Below, in pieces: positions 1 to 10,775 of a DNA stretch of 23,924 nt. The notes under the pieces are model-generated. The model was not told the DNA's origin and made no database searches. It saw nothing but the letters and a program-made list of their open reading frames with translations. Made by a program: the position numbers and the translations under genes. The first letter of the stretch is position 1, and each line of letters starts with the position of its first letter. This stretch comes from Nitrospinota bacterium (GTDB lineage Bacteria; UBA8248): positions 1 through 23,924 of the forward strand of contig JAZAHK010000042.1 of assembly GCA_036231405.1 (NCBI GenBank). Reading direction: 5' to 3'.

Positions 1-309
1 TAATTTTTTCTTAAACATTTTTTTTGATGAAATAGATTTAATATATTTAAATGAATATGGAATTTTTAATTTCTTTTTTCTTAGAATCGTTCTATTTATA
101 ACTAAAACAAATTTTCTTTTAGATTTAAAATGCAGGTATCTGAATTCAGGGATTTTCCTATGAAAGAAGAAAGATATTTTTTCTGATTTACCGAATTTAT
201 AAAATTTGACATTTTTAACTAAATGTAAAGGTTCTGCAAAAGAGAATGAAGAAAATAAATAGATGGAAGTAAAAAAAATTATTAAATATAAAAAAAGTAT
301 TTTCTTCAT
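1..309 (-). CDS. Secreted Lys-rich protein, possibly with an N-terminal AMIN-like domain; partial, runs off the window start
   Basis: Not in the ORF track. Manual translation from ATG at 309 is open to position 1: MKKILFLYLIIFFTSIYLFSSFSFA-EPLHLVKNVKFYKFGKSEKISFFFHRKIPEFRYLHFKSKRKFVLVINRTIL... It has a Sec-type signal peptide (basic N-terminus, hydrophobic core, SFA/EP cleavage). The AMIN assignment rests on pattern resemblance only. Confidence 0.7.
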   Translation of the reverse strand, partial: MKKILFLYLIIFFTSIYLFSSFSFAEPLHLVKNVKFYKFGKSEKISFFFHRKIPEFRYLHFKSKRKFVLVINRTILRKKKLKIPYSFKYIKSISSKKMFKKKL

Positions 310-338
310 AATAGGAAAGGAAAAAGAGGAATAAAACT

Positions 339-1601
<1,263 letters not shown>

Positions 1602-1625
1602 TCACTCTCTAATATTATTTACATC

Positions 1626-2801
1626 TTAAATTTTTAATGCGGTTCTTAAATCTTTAACCCTATCTGTTTTTTCCCACGAAAAATCATTTTCAGATCTGCC
1701 AAAATGACCATATGCAGCTGTTTTTTTGTATATTGGTCGTCTTAAATTTAAAGTTTCAATTATTTCTTTAGGTTTAAGACTAAAAACTTTTTTCACAGCG
1801 TTAGTGATTTCATCCTCTCCTATTTCACTTGTACCAAATACGTCCACAAGAACGGAAACTGGTTCAGCTACTCCTATTGCATATGCAATTTGCACTTCTG
1901 CTTTAGATGCAATATCTGCAGCAACTATGTTTTTGGCAATATATCTCGCCATATATGCAGCTGATCGGTCTACTTTTGATGGATCTTTTCCAGAGAAAGC
2001 TCCTCCACCATGTCTACTATACCCGCCATAAGTATCAACGATAATTTTTCTACCGGTTAAACCTGTATCCCCCATAGGACCACCAATAATAAATGTGCCT
2101 GTTGGATTAACTAAAATTTCGGTAGATTCTGTAACCATTTCGTCAGGTAAAATTGGGTTAATTATGTGAGATATTACATCTTCTTTAATTTGTTCATGTG
2201 GAACATTTTCAGAATGTTGAGCAGAGATAACAACGTTTTCTATTTGGGTAGGCATTCCATCAATATATTTTATAGAAACCTGACTTTTGCTGTCAGGTCG
2301 AAGATAGGATAGAGTTCCATCTTTTCTCTTTAAAGATGTCTCTTGAACAAGTTTATGAGCAAGTATAATTGGAAGAGGCATTAATTCTGGAGACTCCTTA
2401 CAGGCATATCCAAACATCATTCCTTGATCACCAGCACCTTGTTCTTTATGGAGACCTTCACCTTCTGAAACCCCTTGTGAAATATTAGGTGACTGGTTGT
2501 CAATAGCAGTGATTATAGAACAAGTATTACAATCAAAACCATAGGTCGCATTATCGTATCCAATTTCTCTAATAGTTTCTCTAGCAATTTCTTTTGGATT
2601 ATATTGAGCAGTTGTAGAAATTTCTCCAGCAATAAAAACTAACCCAGTAGTAATCATTGTTTCACAAGCAACTCTTCCATTTGGATCATTCTCATATATG
2701 GCATCCAATATCGCATCACTGATTTGATCTGCAATTTTATCCGGATGACCTTCTGAAACGGATTCAGAAGTAAAAATGTAATTATTTTTGTTTGACGACA
2801 A
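1626..2801 (-). CDS. metK: S-adenosylmethionine synthetase
   Basis: Motifs [33 protein letters not shown] and [16 protein letters not shown]. Start moved from 2846 to TTG at 2801, which has AAGGAG 6 nt upstream. Confidence 0.98.
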   Translation of the reverse strand: MSSNKNNYIFTSESVSEGHPDKIADQISDAILDAIYENDPNGRVACETMITTGLVFIAGEISTTAQYNPKEIARETIREIGYDNATYGFDCNTCSIITAIDNQSPNISQGVSEGEGLHKEQGAGDQGMMFGYACKESPELMPLPIILAHKLVQETSLKRKDGTLSYLRPDSKSQVSIKYIDGMPTQIENVVISAQHSENVPHEQIKEDVISHIINPILPDEMVTESTEILVNPTGTFIIGGPMGDTGLTGRKIIVDTYGGYSRHGGGAFSGKDPSKVDRSAAYMARYIAKNIVAADIASKAEVQIAYAIGVAEPVSVLVDVFGTSEIGEDEITNAVKKVFSLKPKEIIETLNLRRPIYKKTAAYGHFGRSENDFSWEKTDRVKDLRTALKI

Positions 2802-2832
2802 ATCAATCTCCTTATTAAACATTTTTAATCTA

Positions 2833-2857
2833 TTCAATTTTTGCACGAAAAATTGAA
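2833..2857. repeat. Perfect 10-bp inverted repeat in the lptB-metK spacer
   Basis: TTCAATTTTT-GCACG-AAAAATTGAA, read directly from the sequence. Function unknown. Confidence 0.6.
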
Positions 2858-2867
2858 AAACGTTAAA

Positions 2868-3611
2868 TTATAACTTGAAATTATCACCTAAGTAAGCCGC
2901 TCTTGCTTTTTTGCTATCTATTAATTCATTTGGTTTCCCTGATTCTATTATTTGCCCCTCATGTAAAATATAAGCCCTATCTGCGACATTCAAGGCTTCT
3001 CTTACATTATGGTCTGTTATCAAAACTCCAATGCCAAATCTAGTTAAGCCACGAACCATAGTTTGTATTTCAGCTACTACTATAGGGTCTATCCCAGAAA
3101 ATGGCTCATCCATAAGAAGAAAAGATGGAGACATTGCTAGAGATCTTGCAATCTCAACTCTCCTCCTCTCACCACCAGAAAGAGAAAACCCTTTGGAACT
3201 GCTTATCGCGGAAATCTTAAGTTCTCCAAGTAAGTTCTTTAAACGTTTCTCCCGTTCTTCTCTTGTATAGGGCATTAATTCGAGTACTGACATTACATTT
3301 TGAGCAACTGTCATTCTCCGGAAAATTGAAGACTCTTGAGGAAGATAACCTAATCCGAAACGAGCTCTTTCATATACAGGCATCTGAGTTATTCTTCTAT
3401 TATTTAATAAAACCTCTCCATAGTCCGCTTGGATTAAACCCGATATCATAGAAAAGACAGTAGTTTTCCCAGCACCATTTGGTCCCAAAAGGCCAACAAT
3501 CTCTCCAGACTTAATTTCAATCGATACATCGTTAACAACTGTCCTATTAGAATAAGTTTTGTATAAATTCGTAGTTAATAAAATATTTTGTTCTATATCC
3601 TTAGAATTCAA
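2868..3611 (-). CDS. lptB: LPS export ABC transporter ATP-binding protein
   Basis: Motifs GLLGPNGAGKTT, GYLPQESSIFR, LSGGERRRVEIAR, DEPFSGIDP, LITDHNVRE and C-terminal YLGDNFKL; follows lptC-lptA. Confidence 0.96.
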   Translation of the reverse strand: MNSKDIEQNILLTTNLYKTYSNRTVVNDVSIEIKSGEIVGLLGPNGAGKTTVFSMISGLIQADYGEVLLNNRRITQMPVYERARFGLGYLPQESSIFRRMTVAQNVMSVLELMPYTREEREKRLKNLLGELKISAISSSKGFSLSGGERRRVEIARSLAMSPSFLLMDEPFSGIDPIVVAEIQTMVRGLTRFGIGVLITDHNVREALNVADRAYILHEGQIIESGKPNELIDSKKARAAYLGDNFKL

Positions 3612-3623
3612 AATGCACCTTAA

Positions 3624-4193
3624 CTATTTTTGTTGTTTAGGATGAAGTGTTACATGCACTCTTTTATGTTTGGATCCATGTACTATAGTTTTATCTTCAT
3701 TTAGAAACATGACTATTTTATCACCAATAACCTGATTTTTTCCTTCCCAGGCTTTAGCATTGCCAGTCAGTATTGCTATTCTTCTTTTGTCATCAAAATC
3801 TAGCTTATCGCCAGAGGCATATTTTATTCTGTCTTGATTCAAGAGCACATTTCCAGTAGCAATAATTTTTTGCATTTTCCCAGTTCCAAGAAGATTTGAC
3901 TTTCCTAGTGTTTCAGAACCTTTTATATTTTTCTTGTCAGGATGCAAGACTAATTTGTCTGCTCTGATTTCAATTCTTCCTTTAGTTGCAAAAACATTTC
4001 CAGTAAAGATAATTATATTTTTTTTGTTATCTACTTCCATTTTCTCAGAAGTGATACGTGTTGGAACGTTTTCATCGTTCGCGTAAATTGTAGAGTTATA
4101 GCAATTAAGGGATACAAGAGAAAAAAACAAAATAATTGCCATTTTTGAAGTTATCAAAAATATTTTTTTAAATTTAATTTTCAGATTTGTCAT
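3624..4193 (-). CDS. lptA: LPS transport periplasmic protein LptA (OstA family)
   Basis: Signal-like N-terminus and beta-jellyroll motifs (ITSEKME, IFTGNV, IRADKL, ATGNV, LTGNA, GDKI); lies between lptC and lptB. Start uncertain. Confidence 0.88.
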   Translation of the reverse strand: MTNLKIKFKKIFLITSKMAIILFFSLVSLNCYNSTIYANDENVPTRITSEKMEVDNKKNIIIFTGNVFATKGRIEIRADKLVLHPDKKNIKGSETLGKSNLLGTGKMQKIIATGNVLLNQDRIKYASGDKLDFDDKRRIAILTGNAKAWEGKNQVIGDKIVMFLNEDKTIVHGSKHKRVHVTLHPKQQK

Positions 4194-4794
4194 TTTTATT
4201 TTTATTCGTTGTGTTTTTAAAAAGCGCGGAAACCTTATCCTTTATTATAAAATTTCCCTTTTTTATGTTTCCTATTAGGCCATAACCATTTACTTTAAAA
4301 TCAGTTCCTTCAATCGAAACTTTAGATTTTGCAAGTAAAGTGTTTGAAGAAGGCTTAAAACTAAGCGATTCTGTTTTCAGTATAAAGCCATTGTTGGACT
4401 CTATTACAACATTTCCTGACATAAAAATATCTCTACTAGAGATGATCAAAGAACCTTTATTAGCATATAATTTCCAATAAGTTTTGTCTTTATAAATTTT
4501 CATTTGTATCTTGTCAAAGAGTGTAATATCTTTTTCTCGGTAAGTCTTAGCTGTTTTTGCCCAAAGCTCCCATTCTTTATAACCTTTTGAATTTTCAATC
4601 ACATGAATATCATCTAATTTTATATCAGCATCTGTATTTATTATTGATACATTACCAACTTTAATTTTCGGTAAATTTCTCAATTTGTAATAATAAAATG
4701 AAACGAAAAAGAGGATTGGTACAATAGAAAAGATTGCAATCCTTATATACTTCTTATTGAAAAAAATTCTTTTGTGATATTGTTTATTTCGCAT
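4174..4794 (-). CDS. lptC: LPS export protein LptC
   Basis: Single N-terminal TM helix, then WELWAKTA, LYANKG, MSGNVVI and LKTESL; directly upstream of lptA. Confidence 0.85.
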   Translation of the reverse strand: MRNKQYHKRIFFNKKYIRIAIFSIVPILFFVSFYYYKLRNLPKIKVGNVSIINTDADIKLDDIHVIENSKGYKEWELWAKTAKTYREKDITLFDKIQMKIYKDKTYWKLYANKGSLIISSRDIFMSGNVVIESNNGFILKTESLSFKPSSNTLLAKSKVSIEGTDFKVNGYGLIGNIKKGNFIIKDKVSALFKNTTNKNKNDKSEN

Positions 4795-4827
4795 GGCTAA
4801 TTTGAATTTCCTTTAGTCAAAAAATCA

Positions 4828-5295
4828 TCACACATCATGTTTCTGAATAATTATCTCACGTATGTTCCTATCTTTCATTTTTATTTCAACTATATAATTT
4901 GGGATTATTGAATTATCTGAAATATGTTGTGGCCATTCTATAAATAAAACATGTTTATTTTTTATCCATTCTTCCAAACCCAAATCTAATAAATTTGTTT
5001 TTTTCTTCATGCGATAAAGATCTAAATGTACTACCACTGGAATTGTTGGATATTCAAATAGGTACAAGAATGTAGGACTTCTAACTGTTAACTTTCCACC
5101 ACCTGGCAAAGATTGTATGACACCTCTTGCAAATACACTTTTCCCTACTCCTAAATCACCGTATAAAAAAACAATTGTACCATTTTTTAGACAATTCGAA
5201 AAAATTGCACCTATTTTCTCCGTCTCTTCTACAGAATTGGATATTTTAATATCTTTAAGAATGTTAGATTTTTTGTTTTTGTTAGCATTGTTCAA
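4828..5295 (-). CDS. tsaE: tRNA threonylcarbamoyladenosine biosynthesis ATPase
   Basis: LYGDLGVGKS Walker A, VRSPTF, HLDLYR and FIEWP; overlaps the nnr stop by 4 nt. Confidence 0.95.
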   Translation of the reverse strand: MNNANKNKKSNILKDIKISNSVEETEKIGAIFSNCLKNGTIVFLYGDLGVGKSVFARGVIQSLPGGGKLTVRSPTFLYLFEYPTIPVVVHLDLYRMKKKTNLLDLGLEEWIKNKHVLFIEWPQHISDNSIIPNYIVEIKMKDRNIREIIIQKHDV

Positions 5296-6836
5296 CTGAT
5301 GTTACTCCTTGCATCAGGAATATGTTTCACAAGATCCGATGGAATAATGCCTATATTTCCTATTGATTCTGAGGCAAGGTCCCCTGCAATCCCATGCAAA
5401 AAGACCGATGCCATACAAGATTCCAAACAACTATATTTTTGTGCCCTAAAAGTTCCTATCATGCCTGCGAGGACGTCTCCCATTCCAGCAACGGACATGC
5501 CAGGATTGCCTGTATTATTGATCCATGATTTTCCAGTACTATTTGAAATGATGGTACCCCATCCTTTCAAGACAAGAGTTAAATTATTATCAGTAGCAAA
5601 AAGTGATGAAACGCCAACTCTGTCATTTTGAATTTCTTTGATTGTAGAACCTGTCAATCTAGCCATTTCGCCAGGGTGCGGTGTCATTATCAAACTTTTT
5701 TTGTGACCTTCTAATATTGTCAAATCTTGAGCGATACAATTAATTGCATCAGCGTCAATTATCATTGGAACATCAATATATCTCAATAAAAGTTGAATTA
5801 GCTCATAAGTTCTAGGATTAGTTGATATTCCTGGACCTAAAACAACTACGTCTACTTCCTCGGAAAATCTTAAAATCAAGTCTAAAGATTGAACGTCAAA
5901 AAAACCTGTTTCAGATGTTTTAACCATTCTACAAATAATCTCTGGAGGAAGAGTATGTGGAAATATATCTTGTTCAGGCATGCAGATTGAAACCTTCCCT
6001 GCCCCTGTTCTATAAGCACCCATCGCTGAAAAAATCGGAGCCCCAATCATGCCAGAAGAACCACCAATTATGAGAATATTTCCGTTTGCTCCTTTGTGAG
6101 ATTCCAAAGGTCTTTCATTCAAAATATTTGTAATATCTTCTGTATCAATTAAGCTAAGTTCTATATCTTGATCATTTATACATTCCTGAGGAATTCCAAT
6201 ATCTATATTTATTATTTCATTAGAGAGTCTTGACGCAGGCAATAACACATGAGCTCTTTTTAGCACGCCAAAAGAAATTGTTAGGGAGGATACAAAATGA
6301 GAGTCGTCAGCTTCACCCGTAGTTGAATCTACTCCTGAAGGAACATCTAACGAAACTATATTTTTTTTATACCTAGATAAAATGGATGTAACTCCATTTT
6401 CTATACTATCCTTACGTTTCTTTGATCCGCTACCTAATATTGCATCAACTACAAGGTCGCTCTTATTTATTTTTTCTTCTAACGTATCCAAAGAATCAAA
6501 ATTTACCTCTTCAATGTTAATATCCATAGATAAAATGATATTTAAAAATTTCAAAGAATCCACAGACATGTTTTTTGAAGATGCTATTCTTAGGACACTA
6601 ACTTCGGCACCATAATCATACAACGATTTAGCAACAACGTATCCATCGCCACCGTTATTTCCTTTTCCACATATTATAGTTACTGGCAATGAATTTTTGC
6701 CGTATCTTTTCCATATTTCGTTTGCAGCACTCTTCCCTGCTGTTTCCATCAAAACATCAGAAGGAATAGCATATTCATTTATAGCTCTTGCATCTATTTT
6801 TGACATTTCAGATGCACTTGCTAAAGGAGTTGTCAT
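5292..6836 (-). CDS. nnr: Bifunctional NAD(P)H-hydrate epimerase/dehydratase
   Basis: YjeF_N motifs LMETAG, CGKGNNGGDG and LDVPSG; dehydratase motifs HKG, GPG, DADA, TPHPGEMARL and GNPGMSVAGMGDVLAG. Confidence 0.95.
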   Translation of the reverse strand: MTTPLASASEMSKIDARAINEYAIPSDVLMETAGKSAANEIWKRYGKNSLPVTIICGKGNNGGDGYVVAKSLYDYGAEVSVLRIASSKNMSVDSLKFLNIILSMDINIEEVNFDSLDTLEEKINKSDLVVDAILGSGSKKRKDSIENGVTSILSRYKKNIVSLDVPSGVDSTTGEADDSHFVSSLTISFGVLKRAHVLLPASRLSNEIINIDIGIPQECINDQDIELSLIDTEDITNILNERPLESHKGANGNILIIGGSSGMIGAPIFSAMGAYRTGAGKVSICMPEQDIFPHTLPPEIICRMVKTSETGFFDVQSLDLILRFSEEVDVVVLGPGISTNPRTYELIQLLLRYIDVPMIIDADAINCIAQDLTILEGHKKSLIMTPHPGEMARLTGSTIKEIQNDRVGVSSLFATDNNLTLVLKGWGTIISNSTGKSWINNTGNPGMSVAGMGDVLAGMIGTFRAQKYSCLESCMASVFLHGIAGDLASESIGNIGIIPSDLVKHIPDARSNIS

Positions 6837-6850
6837 ATATAGGAATACCC

Positions 6851-7567
6851 CTAGGAATGAAGTAAATTGACCATATCTCTTACAGCAATTTCGAAGCCAG
6901 TGAAAACGGATTTTGACACGATACTGTGTCCTATATTCAACTCTTCTAATCCAGGAATTTCACAAATAGGTTTAACGTTCTTATAAGTCAAGCCGTGACC
7001 AGCATGGACCCTAAGACCAACAGACAAAGCATAATTTGCCGATTCAGTTAAATCTTTTAAACACTCAGAACGTGATTTTTCGTTATCACATTCACTGTAG
7101 GCAGCCGTGTTCAACTCTATATGTGACACGCCTATTTGTTTTGCTATTTCAATTTGTGATTTTGAAGGGTCTATAAAAATACTTACAAGGATGTCTGTAT
7201 CGAGTTTATTTAAATTAGTCGTTAATGTATTAAGATCGAAATTAACTAAATCCAATCCCCCTTCTGTAGTTATTTCCTGTCTCTTCTCAGGAACTAATGT
7301 AATTTGATCTGGTCTTACTGTAGTAACAAATTTAAACATTTCATTAACTGGAGCCATTTCTAGATTTAGTTTTCCAACAACAACTTTCTTTAGGTTTACC
7401 AAATCTCTGTCCTGTATATGTCTTCGATCTTCCCTAAGGTGAATAGTTATTCCTATTGCCCCTGCTTTCTCCGCAATAATCGCTGCCTCAACAGGATCCG
7501 GTTCTATAGTTTTTCTTGCTTCTCTTATCGTTGCCACGTGATCTACATTAACACATAATTTAGGCAT
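6851..7567 (-). CDS. pdxJ: Pyridoxine 5'-phosphate synthase
   Basis: Motifs VNVDHVATIREAR, HLREDRRHIQD, LNLEMA, LVPEKRQEITTEGGLD, AGHGL and ELNIGHSI; GGAG RBS. Confidence 0.97.
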   Translation of the reverse strand: MPKLCVNVDHVATIREARKTIEPDPVEAAIIAEKAGAIGITIHLREDRRHIQDRDLVNLKKVVVGKLNLEMAPVNEMFKFVTTVRPDQITLVPEKRQEITTEGGLDLVNFDLNTLTTNLNKLDTDILVSIFIDPSKSQIEIAKQIGVSHIELNTAAYSECDNEKSRSECLKDLTESANYALSVGLRVHAGHGLTYKNVKPICEIPGLEELNIGHSIVSKSVFTGFEIAVRDMVNLLHS

Positions 7568-7730
7568 TTTTTCTCCGAATAAACTAAACCTATTATAACT
7601 CTAAATCTTTTTATGACTAATTATATGAAAACAAGTCAAAGGGAATTTTAATTTTATGTCGAAAATGTTATTTTTTTAAAATAATAATAACAATAAAAAC
7701 AATCCATGAGTTTAATTAGGAGAAATACAG

Positions 7731-8711
7731 ATGGGAATAAAATTTAGCTTACACTTAGTACCTGATGACATTCCACTTCTAGCAAAACGTACTAAATTTG
7801 CTGAAGATCACGGATTTGAGCAGGTTTGGATTGCGGAAAGTCACTTGACTTGCAGGGATCATAACGTAGCTCTTGCAGTTGCTATACAAAATACTGACAA
7901 TATAAAAATTGGCCCAGGTGTAACAAATCCTGTTCTTCATGATGATTCAGTAAGTGCTAGCGCAATTGCTACCTTAGATGAACTTTCCGGTGGACGTGTT
8001 TTATTTGGGATAGGTTCTGGAGATACCCCAGTATATGCACTTGGGAAAAAAATGGCTCGTCTTGCAACAATGCGAACCTCTATTAATAGAATTAGATCTT
8101 TCACTAGAGGTGAAGAAGTAGAGTATGAGCCTGGAGTGAATGTTAAAATATGGAGTGAAAGAAATATTCCAATTTACACATCAGCCGAAGGCCCAAAAAC
8201 ACTTTCAATGTCTGCAGAGATTGCCGACGGAATTATAGTTGGTTCTGGTGTCTATAAAGAAACTATCGATTGGGTAAACAAATATATAGATGAAGGAAGA
8301 AAAATAAGACCTTCAGATCTTGGAGAAATAGACGTTATTTTTGGCGCTGTGATCTCTATAGATGGAGATTCAAATGCCGCTCGGGAAAGAGTGAGAGCTA
8401 GAGTTGCTAATAGAGCTCATCATAATTTTAGGATGACATTAGATTCAGTTCCTGATCAATACCAACCTGAAATACAAAACTTGCTAGATAATTTTGATGT
8501 CAGTAATTGGCGGAGTCCTAAACATGTTCCGTTGATTACTGACTATATTCTCGATCGTTTTACCATTACAGGAACTGTAGACGAAGTAGTCGAGAGGATA
8601 AAAGAAATAGAAGGATATGGAGTCAAAAATCTTATGATTGACCCACCAATGCCAGGCTTTGATGAATCTTTAGAGGCTTTTGCTAAAGAAGTTATGCCTA
8701 ATTTCGACTAA
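7731..8711 (+). CDS. LLM-class (luciferase-like, Mer-like) flavin/F420-dependent oxidoreductase
   Basis: Motifs [59 protein letters not shown] and [18 protein letters not shown] 8 nt upstream. Confidence 0.88.
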   Translation: MGIKFSLHLVPDDIPLLAKRTKFAEDHGFEQVWIAESHLTCRDHNVALAVAIQNTDNIKIGPGVTNPVLHDDSVSASAIATLDELSGGRVLFGIGSGDTPVYALGKKMARLATMRTSINRIRSFTRGEEVEYEPGVNVKIWSERNIPIYTSAEGPKTLSMSAEIADGIIVGSGVYKETIDWVNKYIDEGRKIRPSDLGEIDVIFGAVISIDGDSNAARERVRARVANRAHHNFRMTLDSVPDQYQPEIQNLLDNFDVSNWRSPKHVPLITDYILDRFTITGTVDEVVERIKEIEGYGVKNLMIDPPMPGFDESLEAFAKEVMPNFD

Positions 8712-10624
8712 ACTTGTCCTGGAGCTAAATCTGTTGGAGATGATGGTTTTCTATTATCCAACGTTGAACTGGTGTCCTTATCTGGAGAAATCTCTTTACC
8801 ACTTTTAGAATCTTTATTATTTCTAGGGGGTACTTTTCCGTCTTTCATCAAAATCTCTATATCATTCAGATCTAAGGTTTCGTGCTCCAATAGAGCATTA
8901 GCTAGCAGTTCAAGTTTATCTTGATTTTTTTCTAAAACTTTATATGCTTTTTTATATCCAGACGAAACCATGTCGTGAACTTCATTGTCAATTTCAAGGG
9001 CAATACTATCGCTATAATCTCTAGATTGACTTAGTTCTTTGCCTAGAAAAACCTGATCATGTTTTTTTCCATAAGAAAGTGGCCCTAGCTTTTCACTCAT
9101 ACCCCACTCACAGACCATACTTCTTGCCAAATCTGTTGCCATTTGAATATCTGCTTTTGCACCGGTAGTAAGTTCACTAAATTTCAACATTTCAGCAGCT
9201 CTTCCACCCATTAATCCGACTATTTGATTTAATAGGAATTCCTTGTTGTTGCTGTACCTATCTTCAGGTGGAGATGACCATGTACTTCCAAGCGAAAAAC
9301 CTCTAGGGATGATAGTAACTTTTTCTACCGGGTCAGCCCCGGGTGTTAAAAGGGCAATAAGTGCATGACCCGCCTCATGATATGCAGTATTAGATTTTTC
9401 TTTTTCACTTAAAACTAAACTTCTCCTTTCTTTGCCCATTAAAACTTTATCTTTTGCTTCCATTAAATCTGACATTTCTACACTATCTTTACTTTTTCCT
9501 GCTGCAAGCAATGCAGCTTCATTAAGTAAATTAGCTAAATCTGCACCTGCGAATCTTGGAGTACCTCTAGCAATTAATTCTAAATTAACGGAATCATGCA
9601 GTGGAACTTTGACTGAATGGACTTTTAAAATGGCAAGTCTTCCCCTAATATCAGGTAAAGGAACAACAATTTGCCTATCAAATCTTCCTGGTCTAAGTAG
9701 TGCAGGATCTAAAACATCAGGCCTATTGGTTGCGGCAATAAGGATAACTCCATCATTAGATTCAAAACCGTCCATTTCAACTAACAATTGATTTAAAGTT
9801 TGCTCCCTTTCATCATGTCCACCACCAAGGCCAGCTCCTCTATGGCGTCCAACGGCATCAAGTTCATCAATAAAAATTAAACAAGGAGCATTAGACTTTC
9901 CTTGTTCAAAAAGATCTCTAACCCTAGATGCACCGACCCCAACAAACATTTCCACAAAACCTGAGCCACTTATTGAAAAAAATGGGACATCTGCTTCACC
10001 AGCAATTGCTCTTGCTAGTAAAGTTTTTCCAGTCCCTGGAGGTCCAACTAATAAGATTCCTTTCGGAATTCTAGCCCCTAATCTAGTAAATTTCTGTGGG
10101 TCACTTAAAAATTCTACAATCTCTTCCAACTCTTCTGTAGCTTCTTCAATCCCTGCAACATCATTAAATGTCACTTTCTTCTTATTGTCTTCTGCCATCA
10201 TTTTGGCTTTGCTTTTCCCAAAAGACATCGCCTTCACACCACCCATATGCATTTGTCGCATAAAGAAAATCCATACGCCTACTAGGATGATCATGGGCAA
10301 CCAACTTAAAAGAAGGTTTGTATACCAAGAATTTTTTTCAGGAGGATTAACTTTTATTCTTATTTTCTTCTCTCTCAAATTATTAATTAAATTGCTATCC
10401 TTTGGTGCAATTGTTTAAAAAAAACCACCAGACAAAAAACGACCTTTTATAAAATCTCCCTGAATAGTAACTTCAGTAATTCGGCCTTCAGATACTTCCC
10501 TAAGGAAATCACTGTATACTATTTCATTTGACTTTTTGTTGGTTGGGTTAAATGTTTGAAAAAGACCTACCATAACCAAACCAATAATCATCCATAAGGC
10601 TATATTCTTGTAGAATTGACTCAA
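8708..10624 (-). pseudogene. ftsH: ATP-dependent zinc metalloprotease FtsH interrupted by one in-frame TAA at codon 70 (pseudogene or sequence error)
   Basis: ORFs 10415..10624 and 8708..10378 share a frame and join as ...[24 protein letters not shown]... TTG start at 10624 with AAGGA RBS. Two TMs, [32 protein letters not shown] and HEAGH. The gene identity is certain; pseudogene status is not. Confidence 0.75.
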
Positions 10625-10775
10625 ATTTTACTTCCTTTACTCATTAAATAGAAAACTATCAAAACAATTTATGTAAGTTAACAATGTTTGAATGTCATTG
10701 TCCATTGTTTTTTTGAAGTTAAATAAAAAATATTTAGTGTATCCATTTGTTTTTGAATAGATAATGTTGATGAAT

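Noticed and set aside
2802..2867. SAM or SAH riboswitch before metK
   Set aside because: The spacer is short and very AT-rich, and I recognise no riboswitch core.
10415..10424. Programmed frameshift or stop-codon reassignment in ftsH
   Set aside because: Both parts are in the same frame, so a frameshift would not join them, and TAA ends many other genes here.
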